Below are positions 1-11,884 of a DNA stretch of 64,000 bases, one piece after another. Made by a program: the position numbers and the translations under genes. Origin of the DNA: Mustelus asterias (lineage: Eukaryota); NCBI RefSeq assembly GCF_964213995.1, contig NC_135802.1:59458001-59522000 (forward strand), read 5' to 3'. The first letter of the stretch is position 1, and every line of letters starts with the position of its first letter. Below the pieces are notes generated by a model. That model ran no database searches and was not told where the DNA came from. It saw only the letters and a program-made list of their open reading frames with translations.

Positions 1-843
1 CCTGAGATTAACATGGGGTTGGGTGGCGATTAGCTGCTTTCTAAAGCTGACCAGCTGCAAACTAGTAGGGACAGTGTGGCAGCGCTGATGCCAAAAGTAG
101 ATGTTAGGGCAAAAAAACTGCTTCATATTGATAAAATTTTACTAACTGACCGTTCTGTACCCTGTCCTAGATCCCGGCTCTCCATTTACCCTGGCCACTT
201 TAAAGATGATGCTTTTCTCGTTTCTTTAAGACCACGTACAGACGGCAGCCACAACAATGGCTGCTGATCCAAGCCAGAATGTGACTCATTTCCCTAACGT
301 TGCACCTCAATCTCCACTCCCCCCATCCGGCTTTTTGGGTAGCTGACTCATTTCTCGGGGCCTTAAGATCCTGACCAAGTGAAAATTGCTCTTCACGGCA
401 TGCCAGAGATGGAGTTGGGTTTGCAACTTAGAATCAGACCCTGTTCCCAATTTTGTCCTGCCTCCAATGAGAAAATCTGGTCCTGTGTTTCTGTTTATAA
501 AACCCAAGATTCCACGTCGGCATGCAGCTTCCTAAGTGGGTATTCTTTGTGCTTGTGCTTGTAGGCTGGCTGCTGCTTCTGGTTTTATCTGGCCTGCCCT
601 CGCCTCTGCTCTCACCCTTGGTCAGTGGCCTCACCCTTACCATTCCAGTTGCTGCCTAGCCTTGTCCCCCTCAGCCCTGGCTCCTGGTCAAGTCACCCTG
701 TTTCTCCCCGAAAACCGTGCAAATTCAGAGTTACCAGGCTCTGATTGGTGCTCCCACAGCTACCTCTTAGTATGGGTCCTCCACAATGTAAGAAGTCTAG
801 CAACACCAGGTTAAAGTCCAACAGGTCTATTTGGTAGCAAAAG

Positions 844-882
844 CCACTAGCTTTCGGATCAGGCTGTTCCTTCAGCAGGTGG
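844..882 (-). ncRNA. Mutated minimal hammerhead ribozyme motif (second PLE arm)
   Basis: Minus strand reads CCAC-CTGCTGA-AGGAACAGCCTGATCC-GAAAGCTA-GTGG. Stem I (CCAC/GTGG) is intact but the core has A>C. Confidence 0.6.
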
Positions 883-1323
883 GTGGGAGTTCTGATCACA
901 AACAGGGCACAAAGACACAAACTCAATTTACATGAATAATGATTGGAATGTGAGTCTTTACAGCTAATCAAGTCTTACAGGTACAGACAATGTGAGTGGA
1001 GGGAGCATTAAGCACAGGTTAAAGAGATGTGTATTGTCTCCAGACAGGACAGCTAGTGAGATTTTGCACAACCAGGCAAGTTGTGGGGGTTACAGATAGT
1101 GTGACATGAACCCAATATCCCGGTTGAGGCCGTCCTCATGTGTGCGGAACTTGGCTATCAGTTTCTGCTCAGCAACTCTGCGCTGTCGTGTGTCGTGAAG
1201 GCCGCCTTGGAGAAGGCTTACCCGGAGATCAGAGGCTGAATGCCCGTGACCGCTGAAGTGCTCCCCAACAGGAAGAGATCAGTCTTGCCTGGTGATTGTT
1301 GAGCGGTGTTCATTCATCCGTTG

Positions 1324-2800
1324 TCATAGCGTCTGCATGGTTTCCCCAATGTACCATGCCTCGGGACATCCTTTCCTGCAGCGTAACAGGTAGACAACGT
1401 TGGCCGAGTTGCAAGAGTATGTACCGTGTGCCTGGTGGATGGTGTTCTCGCGTGAGATGATGGCATCTGTGTCGATGATCCGGCACGTCTTGCAGAGGTT
1501 GCTGTGGCAGGGTTGTGTGGTGCCGTGGTCACTGTTCTCCTGAAGGCTGAATAGTTTGCTGCGGACAATGGTCTGTTTGAGGTTGTGCAGTTGTTTGAAG
1601 GCAAGAAGTGGGGGTGTGGGGATGGCCTTGGCGAGATGTTTCGTCTTCATCAATGACATGTTGAAGGCTCCGGAGGAGATGTCGTAGCTTCTCTGGTCCG
1701 GGGAAGTACTGAACACAAAGGTACTCTGTCCACCGTGTCCCCTGTTTGTCTTCTGAGGAAGTCGGTGCGGTTTTTCGCTGTGGTGCGTCGGAACTGTCGA
1801 TCGATGAGTCGAGCGCCATATCCTGTTCTTATGAGGGCATCTTTCAGCGTCTGGAGGTGTCTGTTGCGATCCTCCTCATCTGAGCAGGTCCTGTGTATAC
1901 GGAGGGCTTGTCCGTAGGGGATGACTTCTTCAACGTGTTTAGGGTGGAAGCTGGAGAAGTGGAGCATTGTGAGGTTATCCGTGGGCTTGCGGTACAATGA
2001 GGTGCTGAGGTGACCGTTCTTAATGGAGATGCGTGTGTCCAAGAATGCAACCGATTCCAGAGAGTAGTCCATGGTGAGTCTGATGGTGGGATGGAACTTG
2101 TTGATGTCATCATATAGTTGTTTCAGTGATTGTTCACCATGAGTCCAAAGGAAGAAAATGTCATCGGTGTATCTAGTGTATAGCATCGGTTGAAGGTCCT
2201 GTGCGGTGAAGAAGTCTTGTTCGAACCTGTGCATGAAGATGTTGGCATATTGAGGTGCGGATTTGGTCCCCATGGCTGTTCTGTGTGTCTGGATGAAGAA
2301 CTGGTCGTTGAAGGTGAAGACATTGTGGTCCAGGATGAAGCGAATGAGCTGTAGAATTGCATCTTGAAACTGGCAGTTGTCGGCATTGAGTACTGAGGCA
2401 GTTGCAGCAATGCCACCATCGTGGGGGATGCTGGTGTAGAGTGCCGAGACATCCATTGTGACGAGGAGTGCTCCTGGTTCAAATGCTCCATGTGTGCTGA
2501 GTTTCTGTAGGAAGTCCGTAGTGTCGCTACAAAAGCTGGGGGTTCTTTGTACAATGGGTTTCAAGATGCCCTCGACATAGCCGGAGAGGTTCTTGCACAG
2601 GGTCCCATTGCTCGATATGATGGGACGGCCGGGTGTGTTTGCCTTGTGTATCTTCGGGAGGCAGTAGAGATCTCCAACGCGGGGAGTACGTGGGATGAGA
2701 GCACGGAGGGTGTTCTGAAGGTCCGGATCAAAAGTCTTGATCAGAGTGTTGAATTGACGGGTGTGTTGTTTGGTCGGATCTGCAGGTAACTGTCTGTAGT
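1324..2800 (-). pseudogene. PLE reverse transcriptase + GIY-YIG endonuclease, 5'-truncated and frameshifted
   Basis: ORFs 1650-2564 (304 aa, RT) and 1324-1716 (Cys motif + GIY-YIG) are in different frames. Confidence 0.88.
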
Positions 2801-2819
2801 GTTCCTCGTTGTTCAGTTG

Positions 2820-3878
2820 TCAATCACTGAAACAACTATATGATGACATCAACAAGTTCCATCCCACCATCAGACTCACCATGGACTACTCTCCGGAATC
2901 GGTTGCATTCTTGGACACACCCATCTCCATTAAGGACGGTCACCTCAGCACCTCACTATACCGCAAGCCCACGGATAACCTCACGATGCTCCACTTCTCC
3001 AGCTTCCACCCTAAACACGTTGAAGAAGCCATCCCCTACGGACAAGCCCTCCGTATACACAGGATCTGCTCGGATGAGGAGGATCGCAACAGACACCTCC
3101 AGACGCTGAAAGATGCCCTCATAAGAACAGGATATGGCGCTCGACTCATTGATCGACAGTTCCGACGCACCACAGCGAAAAACTGCACCGACCTCCCCAG
3201 AAGACAAATACGGGACTCGATGGACAGAGTACCCTTCGTCGTCAGCCTCTGATCTCCGGGTAAGCCGGACCGGAGAAGCTACGGCATCTCCTCCGGAGCC
3301 TTCAACATGTCATTGATGAAGACGAACATCTCGCCAAGGCCATTCCCACACCCCCACTTCTTGCCTTCAAACAACCGCACAACCTCAAATAGACCATTGT
3401 CCGCAGCACACTACCCAGCCTTCAGGAGAACAGTGACCACGGCACCACACAACCCTGCCACAGCAACCTCTGCAAGACGTGCCGGATCATCGACACAGAT
3501 GCCATCATCTCACGTGAGAACACCATCCACCAGGTACACGGTACATACTCTTGCAACACGGCCAACATTGTCTACCTGGTACGCTGCAGGAAAGGATGTC
3601 CCGAGGCATGGTATATTGGGGAACCATGCAGACGCCACGGCAACGGATGAATGAACACCGCCAAACAATCACCAGGCAAGACTTCCTGTTCTCTTCCTGT
3701 TGGGGAACCCTTCAGCGGTCACGGGCATTCAGCCTCTGATCTCCGGGTAAGCGTTCTCCACGGTGGCTTTCACGACACACGACAGCCTAGAGTCGCTGAG
3801 CAGAGACTGATAGCCAGGTTCCGCATACATGAGGACGGCCTCAACCGGGGTATTGGGTTCATGTCACACTATCCGTAA
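2820..3878 (+). pseudogene. PLE RT C-terminus + GIY-YIG endonuclease, second arm, disrupted
   Basis: ORF 2809-3252 is nearly identical to the C-terminal half of the minus-arm RT. Downstream fragments include ...RVAEQRLIARFRIHEDGLNR. Confidence 0.85.
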
Positions 3879-4085
3879 CCCCCACAACTTGCCTGGATGT
3901 GCAAAATCTCACTAGCTGTCCTGTCTGGAGACAATACACATCTCTTTAACCTGTGCTTAATGCTCCCTTCACTCACATTGTCTGTACCTTTAAGACTTGA
4001 TTAGTTGTAAAGACTCACATTCCAATCATTATTCATATAAATTGAGTTTGTGTCTTTGTGCCCTGTTTGTGATCAGAACTCCCAC

Positions 4086-4124
4086 CCACCTGACGAAGGA
4101 ACAGCCTGTTCCGAAAGCTATTGG
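4086..4124 (+). ncRNA. Minimal type-I hammerhead ribozyme motif in PLE pseudo-LTR
   Basis: CCAC-CTGACGA-A-GGAACA(GCC)TGTTCC-GAAAGCTA-TTGG: CUGANGA core, stem II hairpin, GAAA and palindromic AGCU stem III. Such motifs are known in PLEs. Confidence 0.7.
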
Positions 4125-5612
4125 CTTTTGCTATCAAATAAACCTGTTGGACTTTAACCTGGTGTTGTTCGACTTCTTACTGTGTTTACCCCAGTCCAAC
4201 GCCGGCATCTTCACATCATGTCCTCCACAATGGTCAGAGCTCCACAGAGCAACACTGTGTGTTTCATTGCAAGCCCGCATCTGGCTTCAATAACCTCTTC
4301 TAGATCATAATCGTTCTAACACAGGGGCCATCATAATGTAGTTCTCAGAAATCAGATTGCACATTTCTGTCTCAAAACAAAACATAATTTTGTTCACTAC
4401 AATTTGTTCAAATACTTGTGGATTATGACGAAGTGGGTGGAAGTGACAGGAAGAAAGAAACTTTGTTTTCTGTGCTATTTTAATACAAAAATTATCTGTA
4501 GGGTTTTGTAACCAGCATAGTATGATTTTCTTTTGCAGTTTTTACATAAAAATACTCTCTTCTCTGCAATGCTGCATGCTTCAGTTTTTTTTTAGTACCA
4601 TCTGGAGTATTAGAACAAGTTTCGCCCAGGAGAATACTGTGTAAATGGTGAAATGCTGAAAAGATGTGAGTTAATGACAATAATTGTGCTGGTCAAATCC
4701 TTTTCATGAACATGGTCTAATTTTGACAGGCAATTTACTAAGCCACCTTGCAAATACCATTTGGTTTGATGGGTCGTCATAGACCCTGTTTGACATTTGT
4801 CCCCTGTAAGACCGGATGAACGTGAAAAATTTACTCAGGCAAGGAGCTCCTAGGAATAAACTGTTCTCTAGTTTAGCACACATGGGATTGTACAAGGTGA
4901 GCGGAACTTCAACTTGTCACGGATGCAGTACATCTGACAAACATAAGTAGATGCTAATGGCCAAATCGTGACAGAATAAAGTCCCATAACCATATGGCTA
5001 ATTGCCACAACAATATCTTCAGTGTTATTAATCAAGTTTTCATAGTGTGCCATGATAATTGGAATAATTAGAAAGCGTAGGCATAGCCAGCCTCCACTAC
5101 ATTCTCTGTGAGCAGGGACTTGAAAGAACAGTATTTGCACTTCCTTCTGCACAGTTAAATGCTGTGGTTCCCAACAAAAGCTATAGTTAATTAGTGAATT
5201 AACTCCCTGTCACTGGAGCCTTTCTTGCCACCCAAGGGCGTTATAGAGCACAAAGGTAGCAATGTGATTCGAGGGAACACACTGCTTGCCATTTCAGAAC
5301 TTTTATTAACACTATTATGTGAACTGGTAGAATTCAGTCCATAGTTTATTAGTGCTCAACATCCAGTTTGAGAAATGCAACTTCACTCGTCAGTACACAT
5401 AATACAAGACTGGCAAACAGATGGGGAATCTGAACAATGAATATTGAGCTGTGAATAAAATTTCATTTTCTTACAGGCAAAGTGGTATTTTAAGTAACAA
5501 ATGAATTAATATACTTAATGCGAATAATGGCAATTCATATTTAGTCTATGAAGATATCCTTAAGTTTTCTCATTATACTCAGTTACTTTTTGTTATGGAA
5601 ACTCTTTTTTTT

Positions 5613-5928
5613 GGGCGGGACGGTAGCACAGTGGTTGGCACTGCTGCCTCATAATGCCAGGGACCCGGGTTCGATTCTCGGCTTGGGTCACTGACTGTCT
5701 GTGTGGAGTCTACACGTTCTCCCCGTGTCTGCGTGGGTTTCCTCTGGGTACTCCGGTTTCCTCCCACAGTCTGAAAGACGTGCGGGTTAGGTGGATTGGC
5801 CATGTTAAATTCTCCCTCAGTGTATCCAAACAGACACTGGAGTGTGGCGACGAGGGGATTTTCACAGTAACTTCAATGCAGTGTTAATGTAAGCCTACTT
5901 GTGACTAATAAATAATAAATAAACTTTA
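5613..5928 (+). mobile_element. tRNA-derived SINE (HE1/V-SINE-type head and core) with a non-CR1 tail
   Basis: A-box/B-box head (GGTAGCACAGTGG...GGTTCGATTC), core GTGGGTTTCCTC..GGTTTCCTCCCACAGTC, tail ending GTGACTAATAAATAA. Confidence 0.9.
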
Positions 5929-6269
5929 ATGAAGAAACATATGGAAGCACAGTGATCCTAAATGCGCAGTTGGCAATGGCAGCTTATGTTGTGAGGAATC
6001 TCATTTCTCCTCCCCCCAACTGAGTGCTGCAGAATCCTACTCTCTCCAAAGTCGCCTTACACCAAGACTACAATCCTACTGAATGTTTCTAGTCCCCGAC
6101 ATTCCTATACCACATTGCCTTATTATTTCTCAAGTCATTCCTGTCCTCTGTTCCACTTCTTTGTGATTCATCTATACAGAACTCTCTAATAGCCTCTTCC
6201 TATCCCCACCTTTCATTCTTCCCAACTTGGCCCTTGAAGAATAGCATAGAGAGGGCAATTAAATTATTT

Positions 6270-6510
6270 TCAAACGGTATTCGATAATGTTTAAACTAAC
6301 ATGGCAGGGGGGTGGGAATCGGAACAATAGGCCAGCAAGTGTAGAGACTGGGGATGAGCATGGTACCAAGGCCAGGCTGGGGGAGGTCATACTCAGTGGG
6401 CCCGGAGGTCTGGAGTGCATCAGCTTCAATGCAAGGAGTATAACCTTTAGTCTCTTTAGTGACTTTTAAGGGGTGTCTTGACAAATACAGGAATAGGATG
6501 GGAATATTAA
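6270..6510 (+). mobile_element. CR1 LINE fragment (ORF1/ORF2 junction fused to a 3' piece)
   Basis: LECISFNARSI resembles the start of a CR1 endonuclease. It is followed by the CR1 3'-like TTTAAGGGGTGTCTTGACAAATAC. Confidence 0.55.
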
Positions 6511-6519
6511 GCTCCATAT

Positions 6520-6820
6520 GTTTAGTTTAGTCTATTTATTAGTGTCACAAGTAGGCTTACATTAACACTGCAATGAGGTTACTGTGCAAATTTCCTAGTC
6601 GTCACACCCAGGCACCTGTTCAGGCACACTGAGGGAGAATTTAGCACCTAAACAGCGCGTCTTTCAAATTGTGGGAGGAAGCCGGAGCAGCTGGAGGAAA
6701 GCCATGCAGACATGGGGAGAATGTGCAGACTCTGCACAGATAGTGGCCCAAGCCGGGAATTGAACTCAGGTCCCTGGCACTGTGAGGCAGCAGGACTAAC
6801 CACTGTGCCACCATGCCGCC
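6520..6820 (-). mobile_element. SINE, same subfamily as 5613-5928
   Basis: Reverse complement of the same head, core and tail (GTCACAAGTAGGCTTACATTAACACTGCA). Confidence 0.88.
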
Positions 6821-7679
6821 ATATATTTTAAGTCTGGCATGAAGCAAAAATATAGTGACTCAATAATTTTTCATTTTTTGCCTTTGCAGGATGTCACAAG
6901 ACAGCAACTAACAATTTGTTGAATATTATGCTGTTTTTAAGGGCAAACTGTAAGATACTAGCTAATGGTGGGTCAAATATTCTTCTTCATGGCAAAAAAA
7001 TTGCACCAGTCGTTCGTTGCTTTTGCATTTTCTCAATGCTCCAGGATTTTGCAGTAGAAAGTACTGTGATTGTAGCATTTCTGTAGAAGTTCTCAATGAG
7101 CGGGGTAAAAAACTTGATCTCTCTTTAACCAGTCAGGTTAAAGAATCATTACTCAGCAATGCAAAGTCTGAACTGCAAAGTCAGTTTAAAATATGTAATT
7201 CAATATCAAATGATGTGTAGAAAGTGGAAAAGAAAGGGAAGTAAAAATTGAGAGGGGGGAAAAAAAAGCTGAAAAAAGTATTTACTTTTATTTGAAGTTT
7301 CCAAAAATAATTACATTGAACAAATGGGACCACACACCAGAGCGTGTAGATTTTCAGGGCTAGAGCAGTGTTTTGGCAGAAATTAACACTAATCGTACCA
7401 TTAAAATGCACCTGGAAAATGGACATGCCCTGACTCTGTCTGGCGGGCTTATTTTGTAACTCTTGCACAAGTACAGCAACTTCATGTCATTCATTATTTC
7501 AATGCAAAATCTCTTGGTGAGATACTGGTAAAGCACCACTTCTGAAGGAGTGCAACTAGGGTAGAGAACCCCTGTGTTCTATGTTAAACTGTGCATAAGC
7601 AATCACTGGAAATTGTTGTCTAATTTACATTTTAATGAGGGGTACCACTAATAGCCTAGCTGAAGTTTTTACTTTGTCT

Positions 7680-8650
7680 TTCTAGGTGGTAGAGGTCACA
7701 GGTTTGAAAATTGCTACTGAAGGAGCATTGGTGACTTGCTGCAGTGCATTTTGTAGATGGTACATACTGCTGCCCCTTTGTGTTGATGATGGAAATAGTG
7801 AATGATGAAAGTGTTGGATGGGGTGTCAGTTAGACAGGCTGTTTTGCTCTGGATGGTGTTGAGTTTCCTGGACTCATCCAGGCAAATGGAGAGTATTCCA
7901 TCATACTTCTGACTTGTGTCTTTAAGATGGTTGACAAACTTTGGGGTGTCAGGAAGTGAGTTACTTGCCAAAAAATTTCTAGCCTCTGGCCTGCTCTTGT
8001 AGCCTCAGTATTTATATACTGCTGCAATTCAGTTTCTGGTCAATGGGAATCCCCAGGGTGTTGATAGTGGGGGATTCAACAATTTAACGTCAAAGGCCGA
8101 TAGGTAGATTATCTCTTGTTGGCACTTGTGTCCTTGATTATTACTTGCCACTTATCAGCCATGCCTGCACACTGTCCAGGTTTTGCTGCATATTGAAATG
8201 AACTGCTTCAGTATCTGAGGAATTGCAAATGACACTGAACATTGTGCAATCATCAGCAAACTTTGCCACTTCTGAGCTGGGATGCCCCGGCAGAATCCAA
8301 ATTGAGTGTCAGTGAGCAGGCTATTATAGAGCAAGTGACACTTGAAAGAACTTGATAGCATGATCGATGACCCTACCATTTTGCTGATGATCGAGAGTAG
8401 ACTGATGGGGCAGCATTTGGCTTGATAGGATTTGTCCTGCTTTTTATGGACAATACATATTTGGGCATGATTATTCAGCAATGCAAGGTCTGGATATTTT
8501 CATTTGGGTAGATGCTAGTGTTGTGGTTTTTATGGAACAGTTTGGCTAAGGACACGGCTAGTTCTGGAGCACAAGTCCTATTGCTGGAATGGTGTCAGGG
8601 CCCACAGCCTTTGTACTATCCAGTGACTTCAGCCATTTCTTGATCTTAGT
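7680..8650 (-). mobile_element. Degraded non-LTR LINE (RT fragments), same family as 46450-48500
   Basis: ORFs include PISLLSIISKMV..TQFGFCRG and QVRSMMEYSPFAWM. Sequence blocks are shared with 46450-48500. Confidence 0.7.
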
Positions 8651-8947
8651 TACTTATCCTCCTTGTCTTGGGTGGGAAAAAGGCCACAACTATGTTCCTC
8701 CATCAGACCCTGTCTTGTGCTGTGGCCTGTCCCTCGCCCTATGTAAGCTCCATCTCTTCCAGTTCAGTCACCACAGCCCTATGCCCCATTTACATTTCCC
8801 AGTTGTTGTCCATCTTAAAGAAACCTTTGTTGTTAACTCTTAGGCCATTTTATCCAGTGCTTCTTGGTCTCAAAGACAACACTGTAGCAACCAGTTCTCT
8901 TGTCTTCATTGGAAATTTTATTTGACCAGTAGATGATACAGATCTCA

Positions 8948-9840
8948 TGTGCCTCCACAGCCTTCTGCGGCAAAGAGTTCCACAGATTCACCACTCTCTG
9001 GCTGAAGAAATTCCTCCTCATCTCTGTTATAAAGGATCGTCCCTTTAGCCTGAGGTTGTGCCCTCTGGTTCTAGTTTTTCCTACTAGTGGAAAGTCCACT
9101 CTATCCAGTCCTCGCAATATCCTGTAAGTTTCAATAAGATCCCCCCCTCATCCTTCTAAACTCCAACGAGTACAGACCCAGAGTCCACAACTGTTTCTCA
9201 TACGACAAGCTCTTGATTCCATGGATCATTCTTGTGAACCTCCTCTGGATCCTTTCCAAGGCCAGCACATCCGTCCTCAGATACAGGGCCCAAAACTGCT
9301 CACAATACTCCAAATGGGGTCTGACCAGAGCCTTATACAGCCTCAGAAGTACATCCCTGCTCTTGTATTGTAGCCCTCTCGACATGAATGCTAACATTGC
9401 ATTTGCCTTCCTAACTGCCAACTGAACCTGCACGTTAACCTTAAGAGAATCTTGAACAAGGACTCCCAAGTCCCTTTGTGCTTCTGATTTCCTGAGTATT
9501 TCCCCATTTAGAAAATGGTCTATGCCTCTATTCCTCCTTCCAAAGTGCATAACCTCACACTTTTCTAAATTGTATTCCATCTGCCACTTCTTTGCCCACT
9601 CTCCTAATCTGTCGAAGTCCTTCTGCAGCCCCCCTGTTTCCTCAATACTACCTGTCCCTCTACATATCTTTGTATCATCTGAAAACTTGGCAACAGTGCC
9701 TTCAGTTCCTGTGGTCCCAGCACCGACCCCTGAGGCACAGCACTAGTCATCAGCTGCCATCCTAAAAAAGACCGCTTTATCCCCACTCTCTGCCTTCTGC
9801 CAGGCAGCCAATCCTCTGTTCATCTTACCCTTAACACCAT
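8948..9840 (-). mobile_element. CR1 (HER1-like) LINE ORF2 3' fragment
   Basis: VPQGSVLGP; KCEVMHFG...RDLGVLV...LYKALVRPHLEYC; RRNFFSQRVVNLWNSLP. Confidence 0.92.
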
Positions 9841-9844
9841 ACTC

Positions 9845-10430
9845 TAGCACTTCTCCATCGATGGTAATTGGAGATGTTGTTGGTTTGTTGATGCTCATGA
9901 CTTGTGTTTTCTACTTATTGGTACGCAGGCCAGTCTGTTTTGCATACATGCTGAGTCCGTCAGACTTCTCAGAAGATGGATGTATCTTGAAGAATGCAGC
10001 AAGATCATCAGCAAAGTCGAGGTCCTCCAAGTATGAAAAGAGGGGCCATCAAATTTGCCTGGGACGATCTGATGATGTTTGTCACATGACCCATTCAATT
10101 GCGACGACAAATAGAAGTCATAGAACTTCCCAAGGAGATTGACAGTCTTGAGTAGAATTCTGTAGGCTTGGAGTATCTCATGTTGAACACTGCCAAACTC
10201 CTTGTTGAAGTCTGTGAATTTGATGTAGAGGAGTACATTCCATTTGAGGCATTGCTGTATGATGTTGTGAAGAGCATTTTCTGCTCTATACATCCTCTGC
10301 CTTTGTGGAACCCTGCTTGCTGTTGCCTAAGCTTGTCATCAATGGTGCTGTCAATTCTGTTCTTTGATGTCCCTGGAGTGAATATAATTGGCCAAAGACT
10401 GGCATCTGCGACACTAGGGACCTGAGCAGA
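9845..10430 (-). mobile_element. RTE-clade LINE RT fragment
   Basis: Minus strand near 9990-10040 reads LFSYLEDLDFADDLAA. The ORF also has FTDFNKEFGSVQHEIL. Confidence 0.7.
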
Positions 10431-10925
10431 AGGCCGGAATGGGCCATTAACTTAGCATTATGGGCAATTTAATCTAAACTCTGATTTTAGATAGAATTGG
10501 GTGCCTGTCAACAGCAAGGACAGCTGTTTAATAACAACTGGTGATCTACTTCAATATCAGGTAAGCTTAACAAGACAGAAAATAGTCATTTTCAACATGG
10601 CGTTGATTACAATTGGGTTTGACTCCAATTCTTTATCCTACTCTTTTCTTTTGTGCAAGATTTTTCTTGATATTCTCCAGTGTTCTGACATGTTGTATCT
10701 TTATGTATGCTTTCCTTGATTTCCCTGGTATTCTAAATCTAGCTTACTCTTTTTCTCTTTGTTTCTCTTTGTCAGTGTCACTTTTTCTTACTTGAGTGTA
10801 CACATACAGTTCATATTGTAATCTTCTGACATCTCCTGTCCTATTCAGTGGTGATAAAATTCCCATTGGATGTGTGCCACAAAACATCTGTTTCATAACC
10901 AGTGTACTTCTTTCTTAAACATGGT

Positions 10926-11648
10926 GGTCTGGATTTTGCAGTCAGTGGCAAAACAAAGCCACTCTCTGCTAATCTTGAAGAAAGCTGACCACAAAGATCC
11001 CTGTGGTAAATTTGAACTTGCCTGATGGCAGTTTAAATCTAACACCAAGTCAAGGGGATGCCTTGGCAGGCAGCATCAATGATGTTGACAGCAGGTAAGG
11101 AGCCATTCGCATTGACATATTCACACAAAGCAAACCAGAAACCTTAAATCGTTCAGGTTTAATTTAAAACTTCAGGAAGTGAAAATATATATGTCTGTAT
11201 TAAAATAGCTAAAATTCAGTTGATTTTTGAAAAATTAATATATACTTTTAAAACTATTTGGAATTTCTTTATCATTATGGAAAATTTGATGTTCCAGAAA
11301 TGTACAAATATATTTTTTAAGGCCAGTAAGTGTTTTCTGTAGCAATTATGAAGTGAACATGTTGTTTAAAACCCCAGTTACACTTCATTCAACAAGCTTT
11401 AATTTTTTCAAGAGTTTTTACAGCAAGGCCATCAGTGTAGACGTGCAAGTTCTTGTCAGATAATTCTTGTGAGGGAGATTGTAAAGCTTCCCAAAGTCTG
11501 CAATATGCCCAATAAAGGGGTCTAGACATTGACAGCAACTTTTGGGTCTCCATGTTATTCCTGCATGTCTGAATTCCTGAAATATCTGTCAGTTTCAGTG
11601 GAGTAATGATCACAATTTTACACTAACTGCTATAGCAAAATTCAAGTC
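10926..11648. mobile_element. Probable old non-autonomous DNA transposon (degraded TIRs)
   Basis: Left end GGTCTGGATTTTGCAGTCAGTG resembles the reverse complement of the right end (GACTTGAATTTTGCTATAGCAGTTAG). No coding capacity. Confidence 0.4.
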
Positions 11649-11884
11649 ATCATCTTGGTTTCTGTCACTCACACAAATCTGGTCAATTTCATTTTCAATT
11701 TATCCAGTTCTGATCAATAACCTAAAAACTGGGCAGGTTCCACAATGGATGGACAAGCCATTCTGTCAGACTACTACCTCAAAGATTCCAAAATTTATGT
11801 TCTAGCTTATTTTGATTTCATTTGGAGAATTAGGTTATAATTGCTGCTACAGTTTCACATTCTGGGTTGCAAAGTTTAGGTTAC

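Larger units (their letters stand above)
789..4219. mobile_element. Penelope-like retroelement (PLE): single insertion made of a minus-strand arm (789-~2819) and a plus-strand arm (~2820-4219), head-to-head
   Basis: ORFs 1650-2564(-) and 2809-3252(+) have PLE RT motifs (LVTMDVSALYTSIPH, GTAMG-like, RYxDDIF, LYRKPTD). ORF 1324-1716(-) has a GIY-YIG motif (VVYLLRC...WYIGET). GTCCTCCACAATG occurs at 776-788 and 4220-4232 (TSD). Confidence 0.93.

Noticed and set aside
5613-5690. tRNA genes at SINE heads (also 51534 and 63918)
   Set aside because: The A/B boxes continue into SINE core and tail, and there is no complete cloverleaf.
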